A DNA stretch of 64,000 nt from Eledone cirrhosa. Lineage: Eukaryota. The stretch covers positions 84,134,001 to 84,198,000 of the forward strand of contig OZ024741.1 in the NCBI GenBank assembly GCA_964016885.1, given 5' to 3'. This document shows, in pieces, positions 13,088 to 27,186 of the stretch. Under the pieces are notes generated by a model. That model was not told where the DNA came from. It saw only the letters and a list, made by a program, of their open reading frames with translations, and did no database searches. The translations under genes were made by a program, and so were the position numbers. Numbering within the stretch: position 1 is the stretch's first letter; each line of letters opens with the position of its first letter.

Positions 13088-14478
13088 GATAAATCTACCA
13101 AGAGTTTACGGTAGTGTCCAATCCGTATGAAGAACTCAATGTATTCCGGATATCATGGAAAGAAGAGATGTAATGAAAAATCACTTTCGGTGAAAGATAA
13201 ACGGTATACAGAGTCAAGATAAAATATTAAACAAATAATGAATAAAACAATTCCTTATATTAAACAAAAAAAGTTCATTATTTAACGATCGTTTCTAGGA
13301 TATATATGTGTTAGAATTGGTATGCATATTCAACAGATCTATGTACAAAATTATACAAAATTATACAAATTATCAAGATTAAATATACATACCAACACAT
13401 ATATACGCCGTCTTCAGAAATAATGAAGTATATTTATTGATAATAACAACAATTCAAAATTTCAGGTCCGTTTGGGAACAAAATTGACCAATGAAAACAC
13501 AAAGGGTTAAATGCAGTTCGGTGTGTGTATATATATGTGTGTAAAACCCTTACACATATTTTACAAAAATGTATGTATAATTTGTATACGCATACTAAAA
13601 GGATGGATGCAAATACAAAATTTCAAGGTTAATGTCTCTGTAAGTTTATAATGCGTATTGACATAAGTATGAAATCAAGTATATAAATATATCTTTTTTC
13701 ATACTCACACATATCCGTACAATCACACATACACGCGCGTATATGCATAAATATACACATAACCACGAACATACAAACACACACACACCCCCACTCACAT
13801 TTATATATGTGGATATAAAATCATAAGCACATGGATATTAATTCACTCACATAAAACACTGGCACACACATTTTTAGATCAAGATACAGAAATTAGGTGG
13901 GAGGGGGGGGATATAAGCAAGATGTATGGTAGGTCGTATGTGAATCGCGATGATCATGTCTGATCTACCAAATATGCAACGGTAGGGAAACTTTATATTT
14001 TTATTTTTTTATTTTTTATTTTTTTATTCTATTAGTCTATTAATCTCTTCTAGTTTGTTAAGTTTATTGGGGCTTGTAAGCTTTATGCACTTACTGAGGG
14101 ATTTTTTAAGGTGCTTCTACGAGATCCCAAATCTTTTACTTTTAATGCGTAAATTATGAATTATCTAATTTTTAACCTTCAATACCTGCCTCTTAGGCCC
14201 TTTTCAAATTCTCTTAACTCCCCATAACCCATCCCTTTTATAACTCCGACAACTAATATAAAAGAGCCCCCTTAGAATATATACCCCAAATATACAAGCG
14301 GAGCTGCTGATGTATACCACAATTTCAAACTGCTAGTCTTGAGTGATACGTTGATGTAAATAATGAACTTACAATCACATGTTATATGCCTTGAAAAGTC
14401 CCACCATATGGTCGGACGAAACGGCTGTCGGCAATTAACTTGTTATAATGTCATAATAGTTCCTTTGTTCTTTTTCAT
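13086..14478 (-). mobile_element. PLE 3' relic between (TA)n arrays
   Basis: Contains the 13274-13427 hammerhead; flanked by (TA)n; no intact ORF. Confidence 0.6.
13274..13427 (-). ncRNA. Hammerhead ribozyme with 115-nt extended stem II
   Basis: 10-bp stem I ttcattattt/aaataatgaa; CTGAAGA; GAAACGATCGTT; long self-complementary stem II. Confidence 0.8.
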
Positions 14479-14503
14479 TAATATATATATATATATATAT
14501 AAT

Positions 14504-14567
<64 letters not shown>

Positions 14568-14577
14568 AATATATAAT

Positions 14578-14621
<44 letters not shown>

Positions 14622-14623
14622 AT

Positions 14624-14665
<42 letters not shown>

Positions 14666-14667
14666 AT

Positions 14668-14715
<48 letters not shown>

Positions 14716-14743
14716 ATCACATATATATATATATATATATAAT

Positions 14744-14796
<53 letters not shown>

Positions 14797-15195
14797 ATAT
14801 AATCACATATATATTTATATATATATAATCACATATATATATATATATATTAGAAAGTGAGGTTTTTTTTAACCAAAATGAAAAATAACCGAGGTGTCCT
14901 ACACGAGTGAAAGTATAAAGAAAAAAAGATGAAATCGAAAATGCAACTGAAGTCTTATTTAAAAAAAATATATATATATTTATTTGGTTCCTTTACCGGT
15001 TTCGCAGTTCTTCTGCTTTTCAAAAGTACAGTTGAGATGGAGGGTCTGTGGTTTTTCTCACAACAGATGTATATCACATATATATATGTGATCATATATA
15101 TATATATATGTGATTATATATATATATATGTGATTATATATATATGTACATATATATATATGTGCGATTATATATATATATATATATATATATAA

Positions 15196-15280
<85 letters not shown>

Positions 15281-15296
15281 ATGATATATATATGCG

Positions 15297-15345
<49 letters not shown>

Positions 15346-15911
15346 TTTTATGTGTGTATATGTGTTTGTGTGTGTGTTTATGGTTGCGCGTAAGTGTGTG
15401 AGTGAGTATGTGTTTTTTTGTTTTTTTTGTTTTTTTGTTTTTTTGTGAATGTGTCTGTTGATTTTTGGCATATAGTTGATTAGTTTAAGAGAAGTTCGAA
15501 GATAATAGTAAGATATGCACTCAGTATTTTGAATCTGTCTGCAGAATTCTCTAGACCTTTGTCACTTAGTAGAACCTTAATGACTTTAGCTTTTAAAGAA
15601 TCTCCCTTTTCTTTAATTCTATCGACCATGACTGACCCCCCACTGATTTTATAGACATCTGTTAGCTTAAGAGAAACTTATTGACAAGGAATGGTATGCC
15701 ATCCGGAACCTGTTTATAGAATTCTGTCTGCCTTTGTTACTCTAAAAACATAAATAAATATAAATAAAAATAAAAATAAACTATAGCTTTGTAGAATTAG
15801 CTTTTAATGAATTCCCTTTTCTATCAACCAATGACCTGCACCCATCCCACTCCCCACCCTCTCCTACCACTTGTAGAGACCTATAAATACCATATTTATT
15901 TTTTGATACCC

Positions 15912-15962
15912 AGATTCCTGATGATTTCTAATGAATGAAACAGTTCTAGTCCTGTAGAATCT
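15912..15962 (+). ncRNA. Type I hammerhead ribozyme in a solo PLE pLTR (about 15450-16045)
   Basis: agattc CTGATGA t ttc taat gaa t GAA ACAG ttctagtc CTGT A gaatct; followed about 80 nt later by (TA)n. Confidence 0.88.
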
Positions 15963-16044
15963 CATCTATATTAAAACTGTTATACTCTGCTATGTATTGA
16001 GTACCTTACTTACTGTGGTTACCTCCGATTCAACCCGGAATAAC

Positions 16045-16098
<54 letters not shown>

Positions 16099-16099
16099 T

Positions 16100-16130
<31 letters not shown>

Positions 16131-16496
16131 ATAATAATAAATTTGAAGACTAAAATCCAAAGAGTGCTCGATATGGATAAATATATATCAAATATATAAG
16201 AACCGTAGAGCAAATATTTATTAAAATAACAGATTAAAGTTTAAGCAAAATCGCTGCTTTCACCCTTAATGGGATCTTCTGAAACTAACAAAGTACATCT
16301 GTAAACGCAGAAGTGGATATTTCAAAAAACGCTGCAACCGGAGGAAGACGGAAAGACGATAATTTGGTTCGTGGAAACGTTCCCTTCACAAAACATACAG
16401 GTAATATATACTTACCTATGCAAATAAGCAATGGTATAAACATAACATATACTTAGCTACCACATCAAGACGTAAAATATCCACGTATAGATCGTA

Positions 16497-17111
16497 CTAT
16501 CCGTTAGGGTATAATGAGGGGCTGTAATACAGGAAAGCTTTGTGCAACTTATGTTTACAAGCCGAAATTGCCTCAGATATTTTGTTTAAGATGTGGTCTG
16601 TGGCGTAGAGTATTTCCAGGGCCTCAACGGCGCAGAGGTCACATGGTCTTTTATTTCCGTTATACGATCTAGCCCTAGCTAGGATCTCACAGTGTAACTC
16701 ATATTGGGTGTCGTTGTCTTTTAGACTCCAGATATAAGCTGAAAGTGACGTCATATTCCTTCTTAGAGGGTAACGAAAAGAATGGGTATGCATGTAAAGA
16801 CGCTGCTTGAATCTATTGGCGGTTAACCCTATGTAGGCCCTACGGGACGTGGGTGTATCAACCTTACATTTATAGACAATGTTACTAGAGAGGCATTTCC
16901 CGGATAGGATGCAATGATCCCGATTCCTACAATTACATTTAGTACTAACTACAGGGTTGCCCGTGTTCCTACGGCTAGGTAGTTTAGCTAAATTTGAAGC
17001 TGTGATGTTATGTGCAAGGTTAGGAGTTGTAGAGTAAGAAATTTTAATAGTATTTCTATTAAAAATGTTACTATATTTATGTGTAGCGGGAAAATGTTTC
17101 GTAATATCCAC
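16497..17111 (-). pseudogene. 5'-truncated Naiad-type GIY-YIG endonuclease region (family distinct from 284-2605)
   Basis: KHFP..HKY..IFN..TIKISYSTT; CNC...C.L.G.C; IVYKC; YIGLT; CDLC; CKH. Aligns with the C-terminus of the 773-aa ORF; lies between (TA)n. Confidence 0.88.
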
Positions 17112-17212
17112 TTCTGCGTTTACAGATTGACTTTGTTAGTTTCAGAAGATCCCGTTAAGGGTGAAAGCAGCGATTCTTTGATTGAACTTTAATCTGTTAT
17201 TTTAATAAATAA

Positions 17213-17426
<214 letters not shown>

Positions 17427-17918
17427 GCACATATATGCACATGTGTGTGTGTGTGTGTCCGAAAGTTAGGATAGGAAGTTAGAAAAATGGTGCTTGGAGA
17501 AAATTGATAGGTTGGGGCAGCTAGACGAGAAGTCCAGCATCGGGTGTGAGGGACGAAGTCGAGGTTCCAGCAATGAAATATGTATGTGTGCCGAAGGGAT
17601 GGAACTGGTGAGTGTGTGTGTGCGTGTGTGTATATCGGTAAGGTCTTTGATATTTTTGTGCATGTGTATGTGTGTATGGGGCTTTTATCTATTGTTTGTA
17701 TGTGAGTGCGTAGAATCGTGTTTGTGTATGTTCACGTGTGTGCCTGATATGTGTTTAAGTGTGTCTACACGAGCGCGTGTGTGTAGGTGACCGTCTTTCT
17801 ATTGTTAAAATATATATGTGTGGACAATAAACGGGAACAACAAAGAAACAATACCGTTCATTGAAGAAATATATTACTTTCACGCTTGATTTAGTAAGAA
17901 AAGAGTCTTAACATTATG

Positions 17919-17976
<58 letters not shown>

Positions 17977-18124
17977 GTTAAGTATTTGCATTTTTTATCT
18001 TTTATTTTATATTTCTGATTCCATTTCATAGACGTACAGATTATTTCTCCGATGTCCTAAGAAAGATTACTATTCTCTCTCTCTATCTCACTCTCTCCCT
18101 CTTTCTCCCCCCCCTCTATATCTC

Positions 18125-18155
<31 letters not shown>

Positions 18156-18184
18156 CCCAATTTCTTATATATATATGTATATAT

Positions 18185-18294
18185 AAACGGAAAAAATGAA
18201 ACGAAATTTCATTTCCCACTCTTAGTACGGCTGTTACTTAAATATAAGTATATACACGTACATACATATATGTATACAGACGTACAGTAGAATG

Positions 18295-18295
<1 letters not shown>
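18185..18295 (-). mobile_element. 3'-terminal fragment of retrozyme-like family B
   Basis: Matches 36945-37060 (aatgaaacgaaatttcattt...cagacgtacagtag); same junction to (TA)n. Confidence 0.8.
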
Positions 18296-18351
<56 letters not shown>

Positions 18352-18450
18352 TAGATATATATATATATATAAAAGGAATTGTGGTAAGGAAACAGATGGA
18401 CAATAACGCGCCAGAGTACTCAATACTTAAGGCAGTAGAGTGGGAAATAG

Positions 18451-18714
<264 letters not shown>

Positions 18715-18933
18715 CATAAATATATACATATATATAGTATTAGTTATAACCTATATCTTTGATTTTTGATTGTACCTATTAATATAAATGTAATCTCGAA
18801 GTGTGTACTGCCACTCTAAATTCTGTAATGAATGTTGACCCACAATGTTTGAATATGTATCAATGTTTGAATATGTATTGGTATGTCTCTCGGCTGAAAA
18901 GGAGGTCATATAACTGTCCATGCATTAATAAAT

Positions 18934-18980
18934 TGCTCCGAAGAATCCAAACCTCGGTTTGGAGGAAACAGCTGTAAGCA
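18934..18980 (+). ncRNA. Degenerate hammerhead in a solo pLTR (about 18740-19020)
   Basis: tgct CCGAAGA a tccaaac ctcg gtttgga g GAAACAGCTGTA agca; core has a U4C change. Confidence 0.7.
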
Positions 18981-19022
18981 CAATAATGTTATGAACAGTT
19001 CTTTGATTCTTATGTTTCATAC

Positions 19023-19389
<367 letters not shown>

Positions 19390-20380
19390 AAAATGTTCTT
19401 TTTTATAATAAAAAAAACGAGATGTCCTACATCGATAATGCAAGTGGAGTCTTTTTAAGAATATTTATTTGTTTCCGTTATCGGTTTCACAGTCCTTATG
19501 CTTTATAAAGGTAGAATTGAGCTTTGTGGATTTTCTCACATCTGGTGCGAGTAAGGAGATCATATATATTGAAATACACACGGGTCCATGTGTATGGACA
19601 TGCACATGTAGATTTAAACACAATCCCAGCAATACAGTCATGTGTATTTCAATATATATGATCACCTTTTTTTTTATTATAAAATAATACACTCTTATGT
19701 GAAACAATAACTTTGAAACAATTTAGTAAATGCACAATAATTACTTTTTTCTCAATATAAGCAATTTTTAGAATTCCTACAAAGTAGCTCAAAACTAATA
19801 TTATAATTAACATGTAATAATAGAAATATTCCAACATAATTTTGAAATTATCTATAAAATAAAATAATATAACAAAAATGAATGGGAACCTTCGAGAAAA
19901 ACAACAAAAATTAGACATAAGTAAATTTGTTGAAAATGTAACTCATAAAAATGAAAATACTGTTGGATTTTTAAAAAAAATATATATATATATACAAAAT
20001 ACCAATAATATTTGTGAATATTAAAATCAATGAGTGTTACTAATAATATGATATGCAAGAGTAGGCTTTAGTATTATCTTAAGTGAAGGAAGAGTAGATA
20101 TGAATTAGAGATAGAATAATAATAATAACACGTGTCAATTTAGAGATGTTAAAATCCGTTAATAAAGTAGAATTGTAATTGTTTGATAGAATGCCAAAAC
20201 TGAAGCAAGATATATTTCTTTTCATTTCAGTATGAATTTTTCGGAGAAAATGATCCAGTTAAATGATAAAACAAATAAAATAATGAGCGAGAATTTGGAA
20301 GAAAGATTAAGAGGGAGAAAGAGAGAGTTAGAGAGAGAGAGCTGGGGAGATAGACAGATAGAGATAGATATATAGATAGA

Positions 20381-21480
20381 CTAGCAGTAAAGCCCGGCGT
20401 TGCTCGGGGTCGCTCAGTAGCTGTGTTAAAGTTACAATGTTAAGTTTCTTTTTTGGCTTAAAAACTGTAGTGTCTACTGTGCAGACTTGCATGTGGTGTT
20501 TTTGATTAATATTCCCTCAACCAACAATATGCCTTATGAAGTTAAGAAATCATAACGATAACCCGAATGTTATAACAAAAGAGGATGCTGGGGATAGAAA
20601 CTGCACTGGTTATTTATTAACAAAGATCGAAAATGTAAACACTGCAACGCAGAGAAAAACATTAGCGTAACCAAATTATCAGTTATGTCTGTCTGCACGC
20701 CTATATCACCTCTCTGCACGCCTATATCACCTCTCTGCACGACTGTCTGTCTGCACGCCTATATCACCTCTCTGCACGACTGTCTGTCTGCACGCCTATA
20801 TCACCTCTCTGCACGACTGTCTGTCTGCACGCCTATATCACCTCTCTGCACGACTATCTGTCTGCACGACTGTCTATCTGCACGCCTAACGACGAAATAT
20901 TTGCTTGTTTTACATAGTCTTTAAATAGACTTGTTTTCAAGTAAAAATATTGTTTTAAAATGCTTTTAAATGGAAATGAAGCAAAACGGGGTCGCTCAGT
21001 AGCTGTGTTAAAGTTACAATGTTAAGTTTCTTTTTTGGCTTAAAAACTGTAGTGTCTACTGTGCAGACTTGCATGTGGTGTTTTTGATTAATATTCCCTC
21101 AACCAACAATATGCCTTATGAAGTTAAGAAAACATAACGATAACCCGAATGTTATAACAAAAGAGGATGCTGGGGATAAAAACTGCACTGGTTATTTATT
21201 AACAAAGACTGAGAAAGCCAGCGTAATTTTTTTACGTAAGACGCTCAATGTAAACATAACAAAGGGAAATAACTGATAACTTACGCTCAAAAATCGATAC
21301 ATTATATTCGATTTCGTCACATAGGGTGGGTCAATTTGAAATTTTTTTTTTCCCGATGTCTTCGCTAGGGCTCAATGTACAAGTATAGCAATTTCGGTGC
21401 AATTCCGTGAGAGATTCTAAGAGGAGATGTGTGCCAAAAATCGATAGACAGACAGACAACCACAATTTTATATATATAGA
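20381..21480 (-). mobile_element. Non-autonomous Helitron (1.1 kb)
   Basis: Minus strand: A|TCtatatatataaaa...(ctgt)n ... cccgagcaacgccggg hairpin, ctttactg CTAG|T. Confidence 0.85.
20685..20888. repeat. Minisatellite (ctgcacg-cctatatcacctct / ctgcacg-actgtctgt modules) inside the Helitron
   Basis: Read directly. Confidence 0.9.
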
Positions 21481-22466
21481 TTACATTATACTCGAAAGAG
21501 ACTGCTATATTTGTTGTGACTTGATATGCATTAATATAGACATATATGCTGGACTTCCACATTTCTCAAACTATGGCTTCAGCAAAAAAAATGTTTCAAG
21601 GTCCAAAACAGCTCGAAGTGAAGATCATGTGGCTGGAAATCATTAAGCAAAAACGTGTGGAATTATATTATGGAATGTATATGGGATTAAAGGGGTTGTT
21701 AAAGATATTGTTGCGATACTGAAGTCCTTAGCCGCAATCATCACTCTATCAGCCAGTTATTGTTCATTTTCCAAAATACTGACATTATTAATGTTTAAAG
21801 ATTGCTCTCCTTGAATTTCGTGATTGAATATTTTTTTATCACATCCCTTTTAGGAATAAAATACAGACATATGAATGAGGACAAAGAGAGGAACCTAACT
21901 AAAATTTAAATTAAACAAACAAAATATTTTCTATTAATTATATTGTTGTTTAGAAATATCAAATCTAAAAATTTGTTAGCAAAAATAATTGATTAATTTA
22001 AGAAAAAATATATATATATATAATCGCAAAATAATTGAAGAGAAAAAAATAATGAAAGTATCTAAAAAGAATTTCGATCATCTTAGTTATTTTCCCCCAA
22101 TCATTATCTAATTAATCATAAAGGCCTTCTTTTGTGTTAATTTCTAAGATGTGCATCCAGAATTTTAGTCACTTTGAAAGGATACTGAAGACAGAGTTTA
22201 ATGAATAGCCTGATATTTTATTAAAATGGGGGTTATTTGCCATTATGAATGAAATAATACTGGGTCCACAGCATTTTAAAAGTCGATTCCATATTTGCTT
22301 GCTTTACATGTTCTTTCTTCGTTTTTTCTATTGATTATTAATTTGTTCATGCCTAAAAACTGGCATTTATGTTACAAGAATTCATTTAGCGTTTGGCACT
22401 TCATAGTTTAATATTTAAAATTCCATTTTTATGTTGTATAAATATGTATATATATAAGAGCGTGTG

Positions 22467-22497
<31 letters not shown>

Positions 22498-22632
22498 TTA
22501 TTTGTGTATGTGTGTATTTCTTTGTGTATGTGTGTATTTATTGCTTCTTCCAATTATTTAATGTGGGAATTTGGTGATCAAATAATTTCTGGTTGAAGAA
22601 GAGATTTTCGAGGCAACAACAACAATAATAAG

Positions 22633-23372
22633 GATTTCTAGTATAGGCACAAGGCAAGGAATTTGGAGGGAGGTGAAAGTCAATTAACTCGACCCCAGTA
22701 CGTTACTGGTGCTTTATTTTATGGATCCAGTAAGGACGAAAGGCAAATTCAACCTCGGTGGGATTTGAACTCAGACCGTAAAGGATTGTAACTATATGTC
22801 TCATGTCATGTTGTCCTACGTTCTATCAATACTGCCAATAATAATAATAATTGTTTCTATTTTTGGCACAAGGCCAGCAATTATCCAAGTGCATTACTGG
22901 TACTTCATTTTATCGACCCCCTTAAGGATGAAAGGCAAAGTTAACCTCGGCGGGATTTGAGCTCAGATCGTAAGGAGGCGTAACTCTATGCTGCAAAGCA
23001 TGGCGTCCGGCCCTCTACCGATTCTGCCAATCCACCGCCAATAATAATTGTTTCTACTTTTGGCACAAGACTAGCAATTATCCAGGGAATTACTGGTACT
23101 TTATTTTATCGACCCCGTAAGGATGAAAGCAAAGTTAACTGCGGCGGGATTTGAACTCAGATTGGCAATAATAATAATGGATTCTTATATAGGAACAAGG
23201 CCAGCAATTAAATCGAAGCCAGTGCATTACTAGTGCTTTATTTTATCGACCCCTTAAGGATGAAATGCAATGCTAACCTCGGTGGGATTTGAACTCAGAA
23301 CGTAAAAGGAAACAACTCGTTTTTGCAAAGCATGGTGCCTGACTCTCTACCGATACTGTGATCCACCGCCCT
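22633..23372 (-). mobile_element. Four head-to-tail tRNA-derived SINEs (about 22633-22838, 22851-23040, 23048-23167 partial, 23178-23372)
   Basis: B-box gagttcaaatccc; central gcctttcatcc...ggggtcgataaaa...taccag (Meta-domain-like); tail ccttgtgcc..tagaaa + (TTA)n. Confidence 0.85.
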
Positions 23373-23389
23373 TATTTCATCAATTTTGT

Positions 23390-25100
23390 TCAACGGGCTT
23401 GGTGCTGGACAGCAAGTATCATTCCCACTGTAGATTACTTAAGGTCCCTTTCTTTAACCTGTCCTATGTCTGCCGATATCTGAATTCGGTTTTCTAGAAA
23501 AATGTGCTATGAAGGGCTATTTCATTCAGGTTGTTTTTCCTCATTGTTGTTATTGATTTCTTGCTCATTCCCTGGTCTATTGTCTCCTTTGTCAATACAG
23601 TCTTAAGCATTGGCTCGTTATTCTCAGGCATGAATTTATGTAAACAGCTCTTCTCCAGCTGAATACAGTCCTCCACGCTGATAAGGCTTCTTCCACCTTC
23701 AGTAAAGTCTATCAACATCACCTTTTTTATGAAATATACTGTACATAGACATTACTTCCCTTGTCTTTCTATCCAGTTTTTTTTTGCTCATTTTTATTCC
23801 ATTTAAGAATTCCCGCACTGTACATAATAATAGACACAGCTCGGCTATTTACTGCACTTATGGTATTTCCACTATTCAGATGTGATTTTAGCATGTTCCT
23901 TACTATTTTGTTCCTTATGTATTCCCATTTTATTATTTCCTTCGTTTTATTTTCTTTGAACACCCAAATAAATACCTATATCCCTCTTCAGTGTTGGTCT
24001 CCCTTCTCATCTCACCCGCTGTTGCTTCTCAATTTACCTTTCCTCATCACTTGTACTCCACACTTATTAACACCATATATATATCATTGCTGAAAATGCG
24101 GACATTGTTAGCAAGTAAATACAACTTCTCGCTCATCCCGAAAAATTTTAGTTCATCCATGAGGAGGAGGAGGTGGCTGATAGTAAGCTCTCCTCTTCCC
24201 AGTTTGTATCCTACATTCACTCCTCTCAATACGAGTGATATGAGGATAAGGACAAACATTAAAGGAGATAAACTATCTTCTTGGAAGATACCTCTCTTGA
24301 TTTTTACTTCTCACAAGAATTCTTCCATTGATGCTAGCTCTGTCTCCCAGGTATTCGTGCTATTACTTAATATCAGCCTGTTGGTTCCTACCACAATGAA
24401 GATTTCCAGATATTTGGTTATCCAAGAATGAGGAATCGTGTCGAATACCTACTTGTAATGTATCAGTCATATGGCAAGACCAGTGTGCATCCTCTTACAG
24501 TTCCCTATTATCATCTGGTATAATATTTACCACGAGACTTCTTTCGACATCCTTTCTGTACTCTGTTACTCTGGCAAATGTTGTTCATATCGAGATAGTG
24601 ATAGACTTCGTCTGATATAATGCATGTTAGCAATTTCCTCATCATTTTGATACCAAGCAATTTTTTCACCATATTTGCAGCTGTTGTTGCATTAGTGAAG
24701 ATTCATCGCCTTAAGATATGGAACGACACTGTTTACCTTGGCTGTCGTTCTTTTAACTTTTTTCTGTCTACACATCTTAGATTCATAGATTTTCCACTAT
24801 CATTATTCATTTCACTCAATAATAAATTCAGAATATCAACAATTTCTTGCCCTAGCCCGTCAGCATTCATTTTTGCAATGACCGTAACTTTACCTCAGAT
24901 GTTATTTATCTCAATATCTAGATCATTGTCTTCTTCGGTTACTATCTCAGGTCTCTCAACCACTTCACCCTCATTTGCTACTCGCTCATTTGCCTGAACT
25001 TCTCCAATTTCCATTTCCAGCTTAATTTCTCTTCTCAGATCCTCCAGTTCCAACCACTCATCCACCCATTTGTTCTTATTACACGAGCCTAACCCGCTAG
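23390..25100 (-). pseudogene. Decayed R4/Dong-like non-LTR retrotransposon RT region
   Basis: RGIFQEDSLSPL; ISHLLLLMDELKFF; LNSGNTISAVNSRAV..I.YSAGIL.W; EGGRSLISVED; many frameshifts. Confidence 0.75.
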
Positions 25101-26459
25101 CTTTTATTCACGTAATTTAAATAGACCAATATCTTTTCAGATTGTTTGCGGTCGTTGCTTATAGTCTTTCGCCTGGGATCGTTTCAGATAACATTTCATT
25201 ACAGTTTTATTCAATTCAATCATCAATTTGGTTCTTGCCTCGTACCTTCTTCTTCCAACACCAGCAGTATTTGGTGTGACAACCGGATCTCTACTGAAGG
25301 GCCAGTGAGCACTTGGCGGCTGAGAGTCCTTCGCATGAAGGTTCAGCCTACTTTTAACAGTTACTTTAGATATTTAAACACTCATAAACAGGATTAGTGA
25401 ATTTAATGTTGAACCAACACGAAGGTTTTTACTTGACGTTATCACTTGTCTCGGCTAATTTGTGACAATTATTATCATTATTACCATTAAAGTTCTTTGT
25501 GCTGTGAAAATATTTTCTTAACGTGAGCCATACGTGGCTTATGATGAAATCCTATTAATACTAATATAAATAATAATAATGGTTTCTGATTTAGCACAAG
25601 GCCAACAATTTTGGGGGAGGGAAAAGTCGATTAAATCAAGCCCCCCCCCCCCCCCCCCCCCCCAATGTTTGGTCTTATGCCTAAATGAGAAACCAGTATT
25701 ATCATTAATGTTATTTTATGTCTGTACTGAAAGATGAATTAATTTTTCTCGCGAAATCTTTCCTTCCTGTGTTTAATATGATTTGAAGCTATTGACATAC
25801 TGCAATTATTGCTGATGTTCATATTTTTTCCCCTTCTACACCTTCATCAAGTAATCCTCCTTGTCATCAACTTACTACTAACATACTTTTGATATTTTGG
25901 ATTTGGCTTTCATATAAAACTAATCTTCTATCTAAGAGTTTATTTTGTAATCATTTAGCTACACGGTTTCATATGATGTAAACAAAAGTTTATATGTCAA
26001 CGCGTATTAAAAATGTTCACTACGTATCAGCACCGATCCTGTACATGAAAGAAAATAAACAAAACAGTATTGCTGTTTTTTACAAGCAAGGTAAGCTTAA
26101 AGTAAATTGCTCCAACACACGTTTATCGATTACAAAGAGGTAGGTGAACAAGTTGGTCATATAAGACCCTAGGAACGGTAGAAACGATAGAATCGCTTGT
26201 GTGAGATGAACTCACACTTGCCTTGTTTAAGTGTGAGTTTGAATCCCAAATGGGAAAATAACCATATTGTCCATTTGTAAGGGCTTCTATGCCTCACTTG
26301 TTTGCGTGAGCATGACACATTATTTCACATGCGATTTATCCGTGAGCATGACACATTATTTCTCGTTTCTGCTGTCTATTATGCTGGGGAAAAATTGTTG
26401 TTACAGTTATTCAAAGGGGAATCGAAGACATCCTCTCAATGAATCATGCGCAGTGCACA

Positions 26460-26760
26460 TTACATATGAATGGAGAATCGCTCCAAGTAGAGCCGGATTG
26501 AGATATCATAGATCCGATACTGCGGGCATGGGGTTAGAATATCTCATAAAAGATTTTGCGGTCTAAACAAACCGGCAGGAGACACAGTGGTAGAGCCCAA
26601 GCAAGATATGTGTATAACATCAACGAGCTCGGCTGATCTCGCTTCGTGATCCACCCAGCCGAATCAAGTGGAGACGGTTGTATCTGACAAGGCCGCAGGA
26701 AGGCGTGTTTGAGAACTCTGTTCCCATGACCCGACCAGGAATAAGTGAGCGAAGAAGCCC
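26460..26760 (+). pseudogene. 3' end of RTE (Expander/Rex3-like) LINE
   Basis: Degenerate ..LQVEP..; KQTGRRHSGRAQARY..I.EL; terminal P*PDQE*, resembling the GRRPRGRP...PRPDPG* C-terminus. Confidence 0.55.
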
Positions 26761-27006
26761 TGATACATTCTGTGTCACCGAAGGTAAAGTAAATTTCACA
26801 AGCATGATTTATATTTGTTCGAAAAGATGGGACACACACAGCACAATACATAGTATGCTTATGAAGAGATGTGTTTGGTTTGTAAGATTTTTTAAAGATA
26901 AACATCTACGTGTATATGTGCCTACATCAGATTATATATAAATATGTATCTAATCAGGCACATCAATTCCCCTTTCATGCTCACAGACATTACTTTTATT
27001 GCATGT

Positions 27007-27186
<180 letters not shown>

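Noticed and set aside
22633-23372. tRNA genes
   Set aside because: A/B boxes belong to SINE heads; no cloverleaf.
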